A stretch of 60,950 nt of DNA, counting the filler, from Nemertoderma westbladi (taxonomy: Eukaryota > Animalia > Xenacoelomorpha), in the NCBI GenBank assembly GCA_032718475.1. It is 3 parts of 3 records of this genome, joined end to end, with 100 filler letters (N's around TTAATTAATTAA, not from the genome) between each part and the next. Parts side by side here need not be neighbours in the genome. Positions count along the whole stretch, not along the records: positions 1 to 25,406 come from JAUCBJ010005921.1; 2 more parts are not named here. One strand, written 5' to 3'. A program made the position numbers and the translations under genes. The notes beneath the pieces were generated by a model. That model was not told where the DNA came from. It was given only the letters and a program-made list of their open reading frames with translations, and did no database searches. This document shows, in pieces, positions 1 to 13,206 of this stretch. Position 1 is the first letter of the stretch. Each line of letters begins with the position of its first letter.

Positions 1-1396
1 CTAGACGGTTCTACGCCTCTATCTGAGTCGCAGATAGTTACATCTAATAAACTGTCTGACAGGTTCTGCTTAGTATCAGACATGTTTATGTATACAGTTG
101 AATGTCTACTGCTGTATTACAGTCTGAGCAAGTCTAGTAACTCAGTATTAACTGCTAGCCTAGTAATTAATTACCGATACTGCTACTCAGTGTAGTAGGA
201 TATATATATAATATATTAGAACACCGGTATGCTTATAGTATATATAACTATTATTACAGACTAGGTTTATCACAGAATACCGGTATGATTTTAGCACAAA
301 TATATATAGATATATAATAGGCCTATCGGGAATACCGGTATACAGCTTACAGTTTGTAGTATATATAATTCTGGACTAGAATTAATTACAAGTACCGGTA
401 TAATTTCAGCCTAAATTTATAGAAATAAAGATAATAGGCCTATCGTAAATACCGGTATATCAATTATTTTAAATAATTGAATTTCTGAATTTTAGGGTTA
501 CTTGGTTACTTTACTTACTTTATTACCGCTATTTGAGCAGTAGACCAACTGATATGGAGACCTAATGGTTGTATGGTAGGCCTACTATTTATAAATCGTT
601 AGATTTGATTTATAATATATATATACCCGTTTTAATGGGTTTTGTCAATGTTTGAAATAAATGTTATTATTTCTGGGGAGTAATCACTACACAAAGCGGT
701 GCGCTTTCAGTGAAGTGTTACTTATAGGACACTAAAACAAATAATTCTAATTTACCTAAGTTACTTAATACTACAAATTACGTACAATTCGGGTGAGATT
801 ACAATCTCTAAATAAACACAAAAATTTACAAAAAACACAAAATACGAATTTTTAGGGTAATTTTACAAGAAGTCTACAAACCAGCCTAACAAAGGGTTAG
901 AAATCTGGTTATTACAACGGACAGGGTACTACGGTATTTGAAATAATAAGTAGTAGTAAATACACTGCGTTGTCCAGATAGGCAAATACCACCGCCTGAC
1001 GACCTATAGCCGTATCGCTATAGGTTCTACGTTATGTATCACGGAGTGTTCCTACCTAGAAGTTAATAGAGCTAATCGAACGTGCCTATCAACCACTTTA
1101 CAACACAAATATAATGCCTACACTAATTACTTTCGGAAAGCACTGTACACTAAACCCTAAATTAGGTACGAGTACTTGTACAACATATAATCAGTAGTTA
1201 AATATACTTGAACAGCTAAAAGAACCACGGCATCTGCTGGAGTGACCGATGCACAAAATCACCAGTCTTTACCTACGCCAAGCAGCCCGTGTAGTACCGG
1301 GGTTAATTTAACTATAGCGGTATGTATAACAAACACAATTACTGTAGGAACAAACTTGGGGAATGAATGTTGCGGATAATCGCATAAACTCTGAAT

Positions 1397-2262
1397 AATA
1401 AATATTACGCTACGCGTACAAACCACTCAAACAAAATGCAGACCAAACACTGACAGACTACTATCAAGCCTAAATAAACTACAGGACATGCAGACTCCGA
1501 AATGATTAGGTAGTATGCGTTCTAACCCAGTAGTACGACTTATTCTTTAGTTGGGGGTTTACCTTACAGCATTCGCTGCCCCTACTTCCTAACCGTTCTT
1601 TATCGGACAAGTGATCTACACACGCTGCAATCCGTTCAGACCTAACAACAGCCAGACAACTATCCAGCCTATAAATTATCTAAATAAATATTATACGCTA
1701 CCCGTACAGACTTACACAAACAAAGTACAGACTAAACGATGGCAGACTACTCTCAAGCCTAAATAAACTACAGGACATGCAGACTCCGAAATGATTAGGT
1801 AGTATGCATTCTAACCCAGTAGTACGACTTATTCTTTAGTTGGGGGTTTACCTTACAGCATTCGCTGCCCCTACTTCCTAACCGTTCTTTATCGGACAAG
1901 TGATCTACACACGCTGCAATCCGTTCAGACCTAACAACAGCCAGACAACTATCCAGCCTACAAATTATCTAAATAAATATTATACGCTACCCGTACAGAC
2001 TTACACAAACAAAGTACAGACTAAACGATGGCAGACTACTCTCAAGCCTAAATAAACTACAGGACATGCAGACTCCGAAATGATTAGGTAGTATGCGTTC
2101 TAACCCAGTAGTACGACTTATTCTTTAATTGGGGGTTTACCTTACAGCTTTTGCTGCCCCTACTTCCTAACCGTTCTTTATCGGACAGATGATCTACACA
2201 CACTGCAATCCGTTCAGACTTAACAACAATCAGACAACAGTCAAGCCTACAAATTATCTGTA
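1397..2262. repeat. 289-bp tandem repeat, about 3 copies
   Basis: The anchor AAATAAACTACAGGACATG recurs at 1472, 1761 and 2050 (period 289), with near-identical sequence between anchors. Confidence 0.9.
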
Positions 2263-2433
2263 CAATCTGAGCGGGCTTACACGCCTTCTGCTCAATACTG
2301 GCCTACAAATAAATAAAACTGACAGAAATAGGCCTAAGTAAAATCCCAATAAAAACCAGGCGTCCCCGATTAATTATTAAGACCTACCGGCATATAATAA
2401 TCAAATCGAATAATACTGCTGTACCTGTACTGT

Positions 2434-2550
2434 AAGTACCGGTTCGGACAGTTGGGCCTACGGACGTACAGAAGTACCGGTTCTGGCAGTTGGACCTACG
2501 GGCCTACAGCAGTACCGGTTCTGGCAGTTGGGCCTACTGACCTACAGATA
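2434..2550. repeat. about 38-bp degenerate tandem repeat, about 3 copies
   Basis: AGTACCGGTTC(G/T)G(A/G)CAGTTGG(G/A)CCTAC occurs three times. Confidence 0.7.
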
Positions 2551-2625
2551 CACCGTTCAGGTTTACCGGTTGACCGGTACTCCCAACTTTATTGCTTACT
2601 GCAATAAAGAAGCTATATCCGTTAT

Positions 2626-3475
2626 TGTTCGCGCTTTCAGACCTTTGGCAGTTTAACCCGCCAAATTATGATGTCTTCTAGATAATAAATCACTTTTAGT
2701 CTATGACAAGTATTTAATTCACTACACTAGTCGAAACCAATCTGTGCGCGATCATTCACCCGCTGGATATACCCGGGAGATTGGGTTCGACGGCTTAATC
2801 TTATTGCTATGTAAGCTTAATGTATTATTCGACTGACAGTATTATATAATCTCTGACAATATTATTCACCTTCGGGGAATATTAACAGTTCCTTTAGGAC
2901 GTGGCGCTTTATCTATACAAACAGAGTTATGACTTAAACTACTCACAACGATATGGCTTAGTTATAATTCACATATATGGCGCATTCTTTAGGAAATGCT
3001 TCGTTATCAGGATCACTCATACACAATGCTGCACAATACTGCACACTGATCTGCCGATCTTCACTGATTTTAGTTATATATAAAAGGAACACGGACCGAC
3101 TCATGTAGGGTCTATCAAATAACATTAGATTCACTTCAAACCACTTTAACATAAGTCACAATCGTTTTATGTAACCTTTCTCTCTTACCTTCGGTATATC
3201 AAGAATATTGGGTTTCGGGGTTATTTATCGTTATTCCAAATATAATAATTCATCAACCATATTATGAAGAACTGACAGTAAATAGCAGTATAACAATATA
3301 AAAGTATGCACAGTGATTCAGTGTGGATTGTTTGGTTTGTTTTGTTGTCAGTTTGATAACGGATATATGCCCTTTATAATTAAGCCTACTAGTGTTAGAC
3401 TAAAACAGAAAAGCACAAAATATTTACAAGCCGTTCTCTCCTGGCTCAGGAAAGAAAGACCAACAACACTGAAAA
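2626..3475 (+). mobile_element. dispersed repeat, LTR-like, diverged homologue of 29814-30641
   Basis: Colinear with the reverse complement of 29814-30641 (TGTTCGCGCTTTCAGACCTTT ... GATCATTCACCCGCTGGATATACCCGGGAGA ... GGCTCAGGA). The right boundary is approximate. Confidence 0.7.
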
Positions 3476-4199
3476 CTGATAAGAATAACCTTATTTACAA
3501 AGGCTTCCACCCAACACAGAGAAAGAGCATACAGATAGGAAAATTCAGTTCAGTAGATCTGTGATAGGTCGAAATCAAAATCAACTCAAATCTTATTGGC
3601 AGATACTTTCCCAAGCTGGTTGGACAATCAAACGTAGCCCAGATCCCTTCGCACAGCGAATCAGCCAATCAGCCGGTTGCTTGCGCTATTCGAATTATAG
3701 ATCCCCTTTTTAGAGTATTCTAGCGACTGGGGGGAACTGGTTAGCAAGGCAAACGAATCAGTTATCCCACAAAAGCTTTTACACATCTCAATGACCAGTT
3801 TCAATGCAGCAGGACGATTATAGAGTTTAGCTGGAGATGTTCAATCAGTAGTGAGTGTAGCTGAAGATGTTAATGGTGAAGCAATGACAAATCGAGATTT
3901 ATCTGTTTTAGAAGTCTAAAATAACAATGAGATGATGATGGAACAGGACTTCAGTCGGTAATTGTAGAAAGTGTTGAGCCAATAATAATAATTGAGAAGG
4001 GATTGTTTTATCTCTTAGGCCTACGGATTCTCATAGCACCAATCTTGAGTATGACACTCTACCGGATTCTATGGCAATCAATAGCGGGGTAAATGACGAA
4101 CAATCAATGCTGACGGAAGATGGTGAACATGAATTAGTTTCCAACAGGCAGGATGACCACGATCCAGACAGCGCAAACAGTTATAAAAATAGGGAGTCT

Positions 4200-4650
4200 G
4201 GGCTGTCCAATGGAATAAAACGGAATCGAAAGGTTCGATTCTATTCAGAGCAGCAGTAGAACCAGTACTCCTATATGGGAGTCTATGCTGGCTTCTAACT
4301 GCAGAGGATACCAAATCTCTGGATGGCACTTTCACAAGCATGATGCGCCGGGTTCATTGTGTCAAGTACGATGAACACATCTCCAATCAGACTCTATACA
4401 ACATTGGAGGAAACATCCATTAGTCTTCCTTAGCTTGACACTTGACTTGAATCGCCTCCGCTTTGCAGGACATTGCTTTCGCCGTGAGGACGAGCCAGTG
4501 CATAATATTGTACTTTGGCGAATAAATGAACATGGTGGACAGCCCATGCCTTTCTTGGGACGCCTGTTAGAGGCGTATCTACACACTGGCCTTGAAGATG
4601 CGAATGATCTAGCAAATGTCATGGGTGCGGGTGGTAGGGAGATGTGACAG
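4200..4650 (+). mobile_element. degenerate non-LTR retrotransposon (RTE-like) ORF2 C-terminal fragment
   Basis: Frameshifted peptides KVRFY..AVEPVLLYGSLCW and RLRFAGHCFRREDEPVHNIVLW are typical of the post-RT region of RTE-type LINEs. Confidence 0.65.
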
Positions 4651-5301
4651 TGCAATTTTGTTGACAAGCCGGCACAGCATTATTTATATATATGTAATAC
4701 ATAATAATGCAGTTGCAATGCAGCATGCTGATAGTAGAAGTAGTAATTATAAAAATAATTGTAATATTACAGTGTTTCTAATATAAGAGCTTTGCTTTAT
4801 TTGACCCTTAGACCCACTAATAAGTCATTGAATGGGCTAGACTGTATCTGATAAAACCCCACAAGCTAAAGATAACCCCCCTTAATTGTATGTTCTAACC
4901 TAACTATTTTGTTTCACAATCTGGCAAAACAACAGATATCAAATTAAATGGTCTAAAATGCGATCTACCTCTAAAAATATGTGCCCAAACATATTATACG
5001 CTATTTTAGATTATATATAGTCAAAAATTAGATCACATTACTCAAGATTTCTTAAAATATTCAGTTTTTTTCGTTTTTCTCAAAACTACAAAAATCGACT
5101 TAGGGGGTTTTGTCGAATTACCGACGATATTGCTTGCTGTATTGTGCTAGTGCTACTGTAGTGCTAGTGTTTGTACTTATATTTTTATCTATATCTAATA
5201 CCTATTATATATTCGGTTATATATTTTTATCTATCTATATCTGATACGTATTATTCTATATTCGGGTTTATATCGCGGGTAAAAGGGAATTTGGTAAAAA
5301 G

Positions 5302-5832
5302 TAGGGATGTGCCAGATTGACTATTTTCAAACCGGCCAGGCCGGAGCCGGATGTGTAAAAAAAAATCCGGCCAGAATTCCGGCCAAGCCGGATTTTTTTA
5401 ATATATCACCACTTTTTTCCTTTACGTTTTCCTTTATGGTGGGAGGGAGGGTACCACGTCATTTGGTCCTTCGGGCGTTAGGTCCTGAATCGAGAGATAT
5501 GGAACCTAACGTGCTGGATCATCATCAGCAAGGTCATGATAAGGACTTTGACTTTAAGAATTCAGAAGTAGATTAGTAAGTATATGTCAATTATCCCAAC
5601 TAAACGGGACGAGAAGAGCGTTTTGCGTTGGTGGGCTGCAAATAAGGAATCATTTCCTAATATTTACAAATACTTGTACATGTATTTAGTAGCACTAGCG
5701 TCTTCAATTTATTCCGAGCGAATATTAGTAGAGGCTGGTAATGTATTTGATGAGAAACGCTCTCGTCTACTTCTGGATCGTGGAGAGAAACTAATATTTT
5801 TGTTCCAAACCCTACGCAGATTTGATATTTGA
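5302..5832 (+). mobile_element. hAT transposon remnant with C-terminal dimerisation-domain fragment
   Basis: TAGGGATG start, CCGG-rich subterminal repeats, and ORF 5584-5832 LRWW...FPNI...ASSIYSER...AGNVFDEKRSRL...EKLIFL, which matches the hATC motif. Confidence 0.75.
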
Positions 5833-6162
5833 TATAATGGATTGATTTGATAAATAAAGTGCAAATTGAAAAATAGAACGAAGTAATACAGTAGCTGTAG
5901 TTTTTGAGTTAAATTCTGAGTTAAATTGGATTTACTAGAGTTTCTAAATTGCCTGTCGAATTCTCGAATATATAAACTTGTCATTCACGGCGGTAAGCTT
6001 ATCAATTTATAACAATACCTAGAGCAAACATCAACACTGGCGCGCTGGGACAATATAATAATTATCGACTAGTTATAATTAGTATATGGGTACACATGTA
6101 CTATTTATTATATATTAAGTGTTAGTGAGGCTGAGCCCAATCAAATACAAATATTCTTGGTA

Positions 6163-6298
6163 AAAAGTCAGCTCAGCTCGAAAGCTCAAAAAATCAGTCA
6201 GCTCAGCTCGAAAGCTCAAAAAATCAGTCAGCTCAGCTCGAAAGCTCAAAAAATCAGTCAGCTCAGCTCGAAAGCTCAAAAAATCAGTCAGCTCAGCA
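6163..6298. repeat. 30-bp tandem repeat, about 4.5 copies
   Basis: Unit GTCAGCTCAGCTCGAAAGCTCAAAAAATCA. It produces the spurious AELTDFLSFR ORF. Confidence 0.9.
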
Positions 6299-7714
6299 AG
6301 TAGATAGTCATAAAATGATAGCTCTGCTTTAGACTTTATCATATTCATAATATGAATGAATATGATACAAATAATGAAAAAACTGTATTGTATTCCATTG
6401 TATTTGCTTATGTTTAAATTTAAAAGAAAATTTATTTTGATGCTTTTTTTTCGAAAATTTACATTAACACGTTAACTGCGGATTGAGCACCGGTGCAAAA
6501 TTCGTGTTTTAACTTTACTGCGGCAGGTTTTACTCCCTTTTACTCAGAGTATAGCGGAATTGAATTTTGGACATTTTTGCCATAGGTCCAAGGTCTGTTT
6601 AAAGGGCACGTATGTTTGTGATAAAAATTGGAAAAAAATCCATTCTGGATTACAAATGATCTTTTAGTTCTTGAGTTATATGTAGCTGTCAGTCTGCCTG
6701 CCAGTCGGTCTTTCTGACAAAATTAAGGGAAGCACAAGCATTGTACCATGTTTCAATTTTTAATCTCAGGTATAATGTTTCATGGATTCTAGAATGTTTC
6801 TTTCTGCCTAGGCCTGCCTGTCTGTCTATTTGCATTCCGGAAATGAATCACCGAGCAGGAAAACCTTTTTAACTACAATTTTAGCGATGTCGTGTGCTTT
6901 CGTAAATTTTGACAGATAGACGGACAGATTATCTGATAAACAGACAGTCTGGAAACTATCCAACGTTAAAAATATCCCTCCATTTAACAAAAATCGGCGG
7001 CGATTATTTATTCATAATATGAAAACTATTGAAGATGAGTCCACAAAAACATAGAAAATGACCAAACCATTTATTTTAAAAAATAATTTAATCGAAATAC
7101 GGAAAACTATATATTACCGGTAATATATTTTGTAAGATAATTTTCGGTGTATAATTTCATGGTGGTAAATTCCAGCTTGTTCTTGTCTCTTGAATCTATT
7201 CGCTAAAATCATGTGATATGTCCAGTCCATCCATGCATGCCATGCCTGTAATTTCACATTTGCTCACATGTTCCATTGGTAGTACTGCTGTACTGGGAAG
7301 GCGTTACCAGTAATATGGGAATCTTTACACGTTCGTGGTGCATTCGCGCAGAACGAACTAATCAAGCTTATCATATGGGTAACCACTATTGCAACCGTTG
7401 ATTAATTTCATAACCAAAAAATTAATACCGATACTATACAATACAATATATACCAAGTTATTAATTAGTCTTCAAGCATTTGCCGAAAGACCGACACTCC
7501 AACAGACGGACAACGGTTATAATAGCGGTATCCGTATGCTTAGCTGGCTTACTTACTACGTCACTCAACCCACAATATTTTGTATTACCTAGTAGTGAGC
7601 TATATTGACGATAAATGTTACTACTACTAGGATCGGCATGCTGAATTGCAGCTGCATTTTTAAGAATGCTGTGCCGGCTTGTCGACAAAATTGCGAAGCC
7701 ACAACTCCCTATCA

Positions 7715-7868
7715 CCCACGACATTTGCTAGATCATCCGCATCTTCAAGGCCAGTGTCCTATAAGATGCATCTCAAGAAAGTCATGGGCTGTCCACCATG
7801 CTTATTCACTCCATGAGGCTGCCAAAGTACAAGATTATGCACTGGCTGGTCCTCGCGGCGAAAGCAAT
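7715..7868 (-). mobile_element. second short fragment of the RTE-like element at 4200-4650
   Basis: GACATTTGCTAGATCAT..GCATCTTCAAGGCCAGTGT and GTCCTCGCGGCGAAAGCAAT are reverse complements of segments in 4470-4620. Confidence 0.7.
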
Positions 7869-8022
7869 ATAAATGTTACCTATGTGTTGAAGATAATAAA
7901 TAATAGTGGATTTTACGATAATATACATAAATTACAATATTGAATTTGGTCACTTTTCTATAACATTCCGGCCTAGCATACTTAGTAATAATTAATACTG
8001 TAATAAGGCATTAATTTCAACG

Positions 8023-8775
8023 CTAGGGGTTAGTGTTAGTAATATCCTTCTGTGTAATCGCCTTCTCTCTGATTAAGGGTTTTTTCTTCAACTTTTTATC
8101 CTCCTTTCGTAACAGAGTTAATAGTATCTGGAATTTGGGCGAATCAGGATTAACCCGATACCCATACATCTGTTCCGCTTTCTGTAACAGCAATCTCCGT
8201 TTCTCCCGCACACTCTCAGCCCTTTCCTTATCGAGTCTCTTCTGTTTGTGCAGTTTCATTAAGGTGGCCGCTATTTTAGGTTTATTCTTAGCTATTTGTT
8301 CCTGAGTATTCTGAGCCTTCTCTTCAATGGCTCGCAACTCGCATCTTTTCTTCTCTAGTATATCTTCCAAAGGTTCTTCTAATTCTGCATCTTCCTTTAG
8401 CTCATCGAGTTCTACTTTACTTGGCCACAGTAGACAGGGATTGATTCCGGACGCCTTCCCGTACTGCGCGTATAGTTTACGGAAATATTGGGGACTCTTT
8501 AAGTATTCCTCTGCGAATATGGCCTGCGCGGTGGGTATAACCTTGACGTTTAGATCGGGATCGTGCCACTCCCATTTCTTAGCGTCGCCAGCAATCGGGA
8601 TCCGCTTAGGGTATTCCAACTCCTCGCCCGCGTTTATAATGAAACGTTTTCGTTTTCCCTTCAGGACGGCGGCTTGCCACCACGGAGTAATACTAATTGT
8701 TCTGGAAGTAAATTCTGGCCTGAATAATCGCCCGTTGAAAAGTATGTTTCGGATACGGATTACAGGGTAAAGCAT
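8023..8775 (-). CDS. GADD45GIP1: mitoribosomal protein mL64 / CRIF1 (GADD45G-interacting protein 1), single exon
   Basis: 250-aa ORF with a basic presequence-like N-terminus, the motif LYAQYGKASGINPCLLWPS (human FARYGAASGVVPGSLWPS, recalled), a coiled coil and a YGYRVNPDSPKFQ C-terminal motif. Confidence 0.85.
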   Translation of the reverse strand: MLYPVIRIRNILFNGRLFRPEFTSRTISITPWWQAAVLKGKRKRFIINAGEELEYPKRIPIAGDAKKWEWHDPDLNVKVIPTAQAIFAEEYLKSPQYFRKLYAQYGKASGINPCLLWPSKVELDELKEDAELEEPLEDILEKKRCELRAIEEKAQNTQEQIAKNKPKIAATLMKLHKQKRLDKERAESVREKRRLLLQKAEQMYGYRVNPDSPKFQILLTLLRKEDKKLKKKPLIREKAITQKDITNTNP

Positions 8776-11084
8776 TGTTGCCTAGCTACACCGGAAGGAG
8801 GGAGGTACGGCACCGCATAGTAGTATACCACAGTTACCAGTATACACTATACAGTACAGTACCGTAAGTACGTACTGTCTGACTGTACATCAGCTTTTTT
8901 CAGCTAGCTACAGTACGGTAATTCAAATTTCCCACCATCTCTGATGCTGAGGACTGGTCTGTAGTGGACAAGGCGTTGGTAGTGGAGTGGTGTAATTTTG
9001 GTAAAGGGGTAAAATTTAATTTTAAAATTTAATTCAAATACATGTAGGCCTATATATATTATTTGTATGGAATTAATTTTGCACTACTTAATCGCCAGGG
9101 CGACATATTTTACATATTGCAGTGCGACATTATTTCTCAGTATGTCATCCCTTCGCCATCCATTTTTACTATGTATTTCGTAAAAGCACTAGCTATTCTA
9201 TGTATTTTGAAAAAGTACTTGCTAACACAAAATCAAAATTACTGCTACCATCCTACTGGCAGAAAGTCAAATATTTTTTCTAGAACAAAAAACCTCACGA
9301 TAAAAGCCATTTTCATATGTAAAAAATTGGTCAAAAAGTGGGTACCCATAACATAGTAATGCCTGTACTGTATTTCCAGTACAGTATTTCACTGCGTCAT
9401 TATTAGGTTGTTCTAGAAATTTGAGTACATAACTACAAATAATTCCCCACAAATAAATAAAATTAGATTCGCCATTGTTCATTAATTAGCACTTTAAAGC
9501 TTTTACGGCCCTCGTTTTATTATTTCCCTAGCTATCGATCGGGAAACAAAATCACTCGTGACGTAATGCTATAAAGTGCTATTTTATGAACAATGACGAA
9601 TATACAGTAGTTATAATATCCATAAATATGATACAAAATGAAAATATATGAAGTTTGATACAGAGATATTATAGTTTGACCCTCAACCTGTCAACTACGT
9701 AAACAGTTCCTTTTAATTTTCAAGCTATTTCTATACAACAGTGATGTCACTCAAAGTACACTTCTAAATTTTGCGCAGGGTTACATAATCATACACAAAA
9801 TCGAACATATCATAATAGTTAGTGCCCCTGGTTTCAAAGAAAGAAGTGGTATGAAATTATGGTTGAAAATTCATTTCGCGGCCATTATAATCTCATAAAA
9901 AATAAACTTGGACTGAGAGGTAGTCGAGTTGAAATTAGGCTGGGGGTGCAAACCTGGTAGGCCTACAGCTGAATGTTTTTTTTCAGTTTCTCGTCAATTC
10001 GGGGGTGCTATTCCAAACCCGTTTATGCCAAGCTTGAAAAGTTGAGCATCTTGTTCTAGAATCATTTATATTCTAGAATGGTACTTTTAATGGAATACCA
10101 GTGTTTTGGTTGATGTAATCGGTTTACAAAACTATAATTAATTATTGTGTAGAATAGAATAGGCCTACATTACAATATATCAGATGACATGTCACGTGTT
10201 GGGAGACGGTGTTCTAGAATTGTGTTCTGGAATAGTAATATTTGAAAACTACATTCTAGAGTGTTTGGCAATCATGTATGTCTCGCGCAATTAAATACAC
10301 ACAAAGTGACAAAGTATTCAAGCAGCAAAGGTCCAACTATTAATCGTATTATTTTTCGGCAGTGATTTTTTATGTCCTTTTATGTCCTTTTATTTTTTAT
10401 TAGTTTAAGTCTTATTCGGCCATTAGGCCAGGGATTATGTTCACAGTCTTACAACATATTTCCAGTGCGGCCCCCTGAACTATACTCCCCAGGGGAAGTG
10501 GTACTTAGCTGCCAATTAAGGATGCAGGGCCTGGAGAGGCGACCTTACTAGTGGCTAGTCCTTTTTCTCTCCAAAAGTACAGTAGGTAGGAGGTACTGTA
10601 GCACGTTAATGTGTTTGCTATCTGCCTGATGCTTGTGCATTTCAATTATTGCTAAACACTACCCTCATGTACCAGTGTACCGCTACTGGCCTGGTACTGC
10701 TGTACTGGCTGACGCGGTATCTACAATTTTGTGATTTGAAATACAGAAATACCGGTAGTTATTAATGGCAGTTTTAATGACATTTTTTATGTCCTTTTAT
10801 TTGACTTTTTTTGTCCTTTTTTTTTACGAATTATGCATAATGACTTTTGTTGTCCTTTTAATGACTTTTTATGTATGTATGTATTTCTTCAAACTGTCAG
10901 ACTGCTGATTTCTGGACTGTCAGACAGTTGATTTCACTATGCCTGTGCCAAAACATTCCTTGATTCCATGATTTATAGACTATGAGATAGATTTCCATAT
11001 GCGCCTGTGGTAAAAAGACTCTATATTTAATAGTTTGTGGTTGTTGTCGATAATCGATTACCACATGACGTAGCAAAACACTCA

Positions 11085-12010
11085 TTTTATAGCCAAAAAC
11101 AATTACCAATTGATGGAAAGGAGCAGGTTAAGGCCGAGTTTTCTAACCAAAACAATAAACAGTCACTTTACCAAATCAGGGAAAGGAGCAGGTTACAGAG
11201 ACGGGATTTTTTAACCAAAACAATAAACGATCACTTAACTAATTGAGGGAAAGGAGCAGGTTACAGAGGCGGGATTTTAGAACCAAAACAATAAACGATC
11301 ACTTAACTTATTGAGGGAAAGGAGCAGGTTACAGAGGCGGGATTTTCTAACCAAAACAATAAACGATCCTTTAACTAATTGAGGGAAAGCGACAGGTTAC
11401 AGAGGCGGAATTTTCTAACCAAAACAATAAACGATCACTTAACTAATTGAGGGAAAGGAGCAGGTTACAGAGGCGGGATTTTCTAACCAAAACAATAAAC
11501 GATCATTTAACTAATTGAGGGAAAGGGGCAGGTTACAGAGGCGGGCCTTTATAACCAAAACAATAAACGGTCACTTTACCAATTCAGGGAAAGGAGCAGG
11601 TTACAGGAGGCGGGATTTTCTAACCAAAACAATAAACGATCATTTAACTAATTGAGGGAAAGGGGCAGGTTACAGAGGCGGGATTTTCTAACCAAAACAA
11701 TAAACGATCATTTAACTAATTGAGGGAAAGGAGCAGGTTACAGAGACGGGATTTTCTAACCAAAACAATAAACGATAACATTACCAATTGAGAGAAAGGA
11801 GCAGGTTACAGAGGCGGGATTTTCTAACCAAAACAATAAACGATAACATTACCAATTGAGGGAAAGGAGCAGGTTACAGAGGCGGGATTTTCTAACCAAA
11901 ACAATAAACGATCACTTAACTAATTGAGGGAAAGGAGCAGGTTAAGGCCGGATTTTCTAACCAAAACAATAAACAGTCACTTTACCAAATCAGGGAAAGG
12001 AGCAGGTTAT
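11085..12010. repeat. 68-bp minisatellite, about 13 copies, built from a dispersed repeat core
   Basis: Unit GGGAAAGGAGCAGGTTACAGAGGCGGGATTTTCTAACCAAAACAATAAACGATCACTTAACTAATTGA, with anchors at 11179, 11247 and 11315. Confidence 0.95.
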
Positions 12011-12675
12011 CCGTAATACTACTCAGACAGTAGTCATGATCCATTATATTGATTATAAAACTAATACAGTAATAGGCCTAAATTATGTGAAAGGTATATC
12101 CACATTTTCCACAATCCTGCAATCCAGTTTGGCCTATCAATTATTTAAAATTTATTAGCACAACCGGTAGGCCTACCATTACCGTATTTAAATGGTAGGC
12201 TACACAGTAGGCCTATAGCAGTACCGGTGCCGGTACCGGTACTAAAATACAGAAATACCTGCTTTATACCTACATCGGTACATACAATACAGCAAAATAG
12301 TGCTATATATACTAATACCGGTACTGATAGCCTGAGAGAACAGCAGTAGAGAAACCGGTAGCATGGAACCTAACATTAGACTTTTGGAGGACATAAAAAA
12401 TAAAAAAAAGGACAAAAAAAGGATTTAAACGGACAATAAAAATTATTGCGGTTATTAATTTTGAATCAGAGAACAAGGAAAAGGCAATCATATTCTAGTG
12501 TACTGTATTACACTATTGTACTGTACTGTTACTGTTACATACGCACGCATCTACACATACCTGCCACCTGCATACTGACATACTGCAGCACTGCGTATGG
12601 TGGGTACCGCGTACCGGTACGTTCTGTAGGCCTAGTGGTGCTCTCATTTCATGATTACTGGATTATTACTGTATT

Positions 12676-13206
12676 ATGGCGTTACTTTTGTCGCGGATTT
12701 TGAGTAAATCGCCTGGAAATACAAGTCATGTCGTACGATTAAAGCGGTCCATAATCGCCACCCCCACTAACCAACAAACTATAGGCAACACGACCTGTTT
12801 TAGTTACGGAGTGCCGGATCGTCTATCACGGGTAGGCATACATAATGTATCGGCGCGATACATCAGCGCAAAGAACGCTATGATTTACCAAAAGTCGGAC
12901 AGTAAAAAGGTTGCGAAAATGTGGCTGATAGAACGTGTTCTGGCATCGGGTATGTTAGTGGCCATCCCTTTATCGTTCTTCTACCAACCCTGGTGGATGG
13001 ACTACGTGCTCACTGTCTCTATAGTGACGCATAGTTACTGGGGTTTGAGTCACTTGAGCAAGGACTATGTGCACGGCCCATGGCTTCCCCGACTAGTTCA
13101 TTGGTTCCTCGCTGCGGTTTCTACATTGGTTATTGCGATACTATTTTATTTCAACTACACCGATGTCGGCCTTATCGGCGCATCTAAACTCATCTGGTCA
13201 GTGTGA
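12676..13206 (+). CDS. SDHD: succinate dehydrogenase cytochrome b small subunit (CybS), single exon
   Basis: 176 aa with a presequence, WLIERVLA, THSYWGL (haem His), DYVH (quinone-site Asp-Tyr), YFNYTDVG and three TM segments. Confidence 0.93.
   Translation: MALLLSRILSKSPGNTSHVVRLKRSIIATPTNQQTIGNTTCFSYGVPDRLSRVGIHNVSARYISAKNAMIYQKSDSKKVAKMWLIERVLASGMLVAIPLSFFYQPWWMDYVLTVSIVTHSYWGLSHLSKDYVHGPWLPRLVHWFLAAVSTLVIAILFYFNYTDVGLIGASKLIWSV

Noticed and set aside
8947-8975. Other CTGANGA hammerhead-like seeds (about 3861, 8947, 18950, 46536)
   Set aside because: None is followed by a stem II and GAAA.
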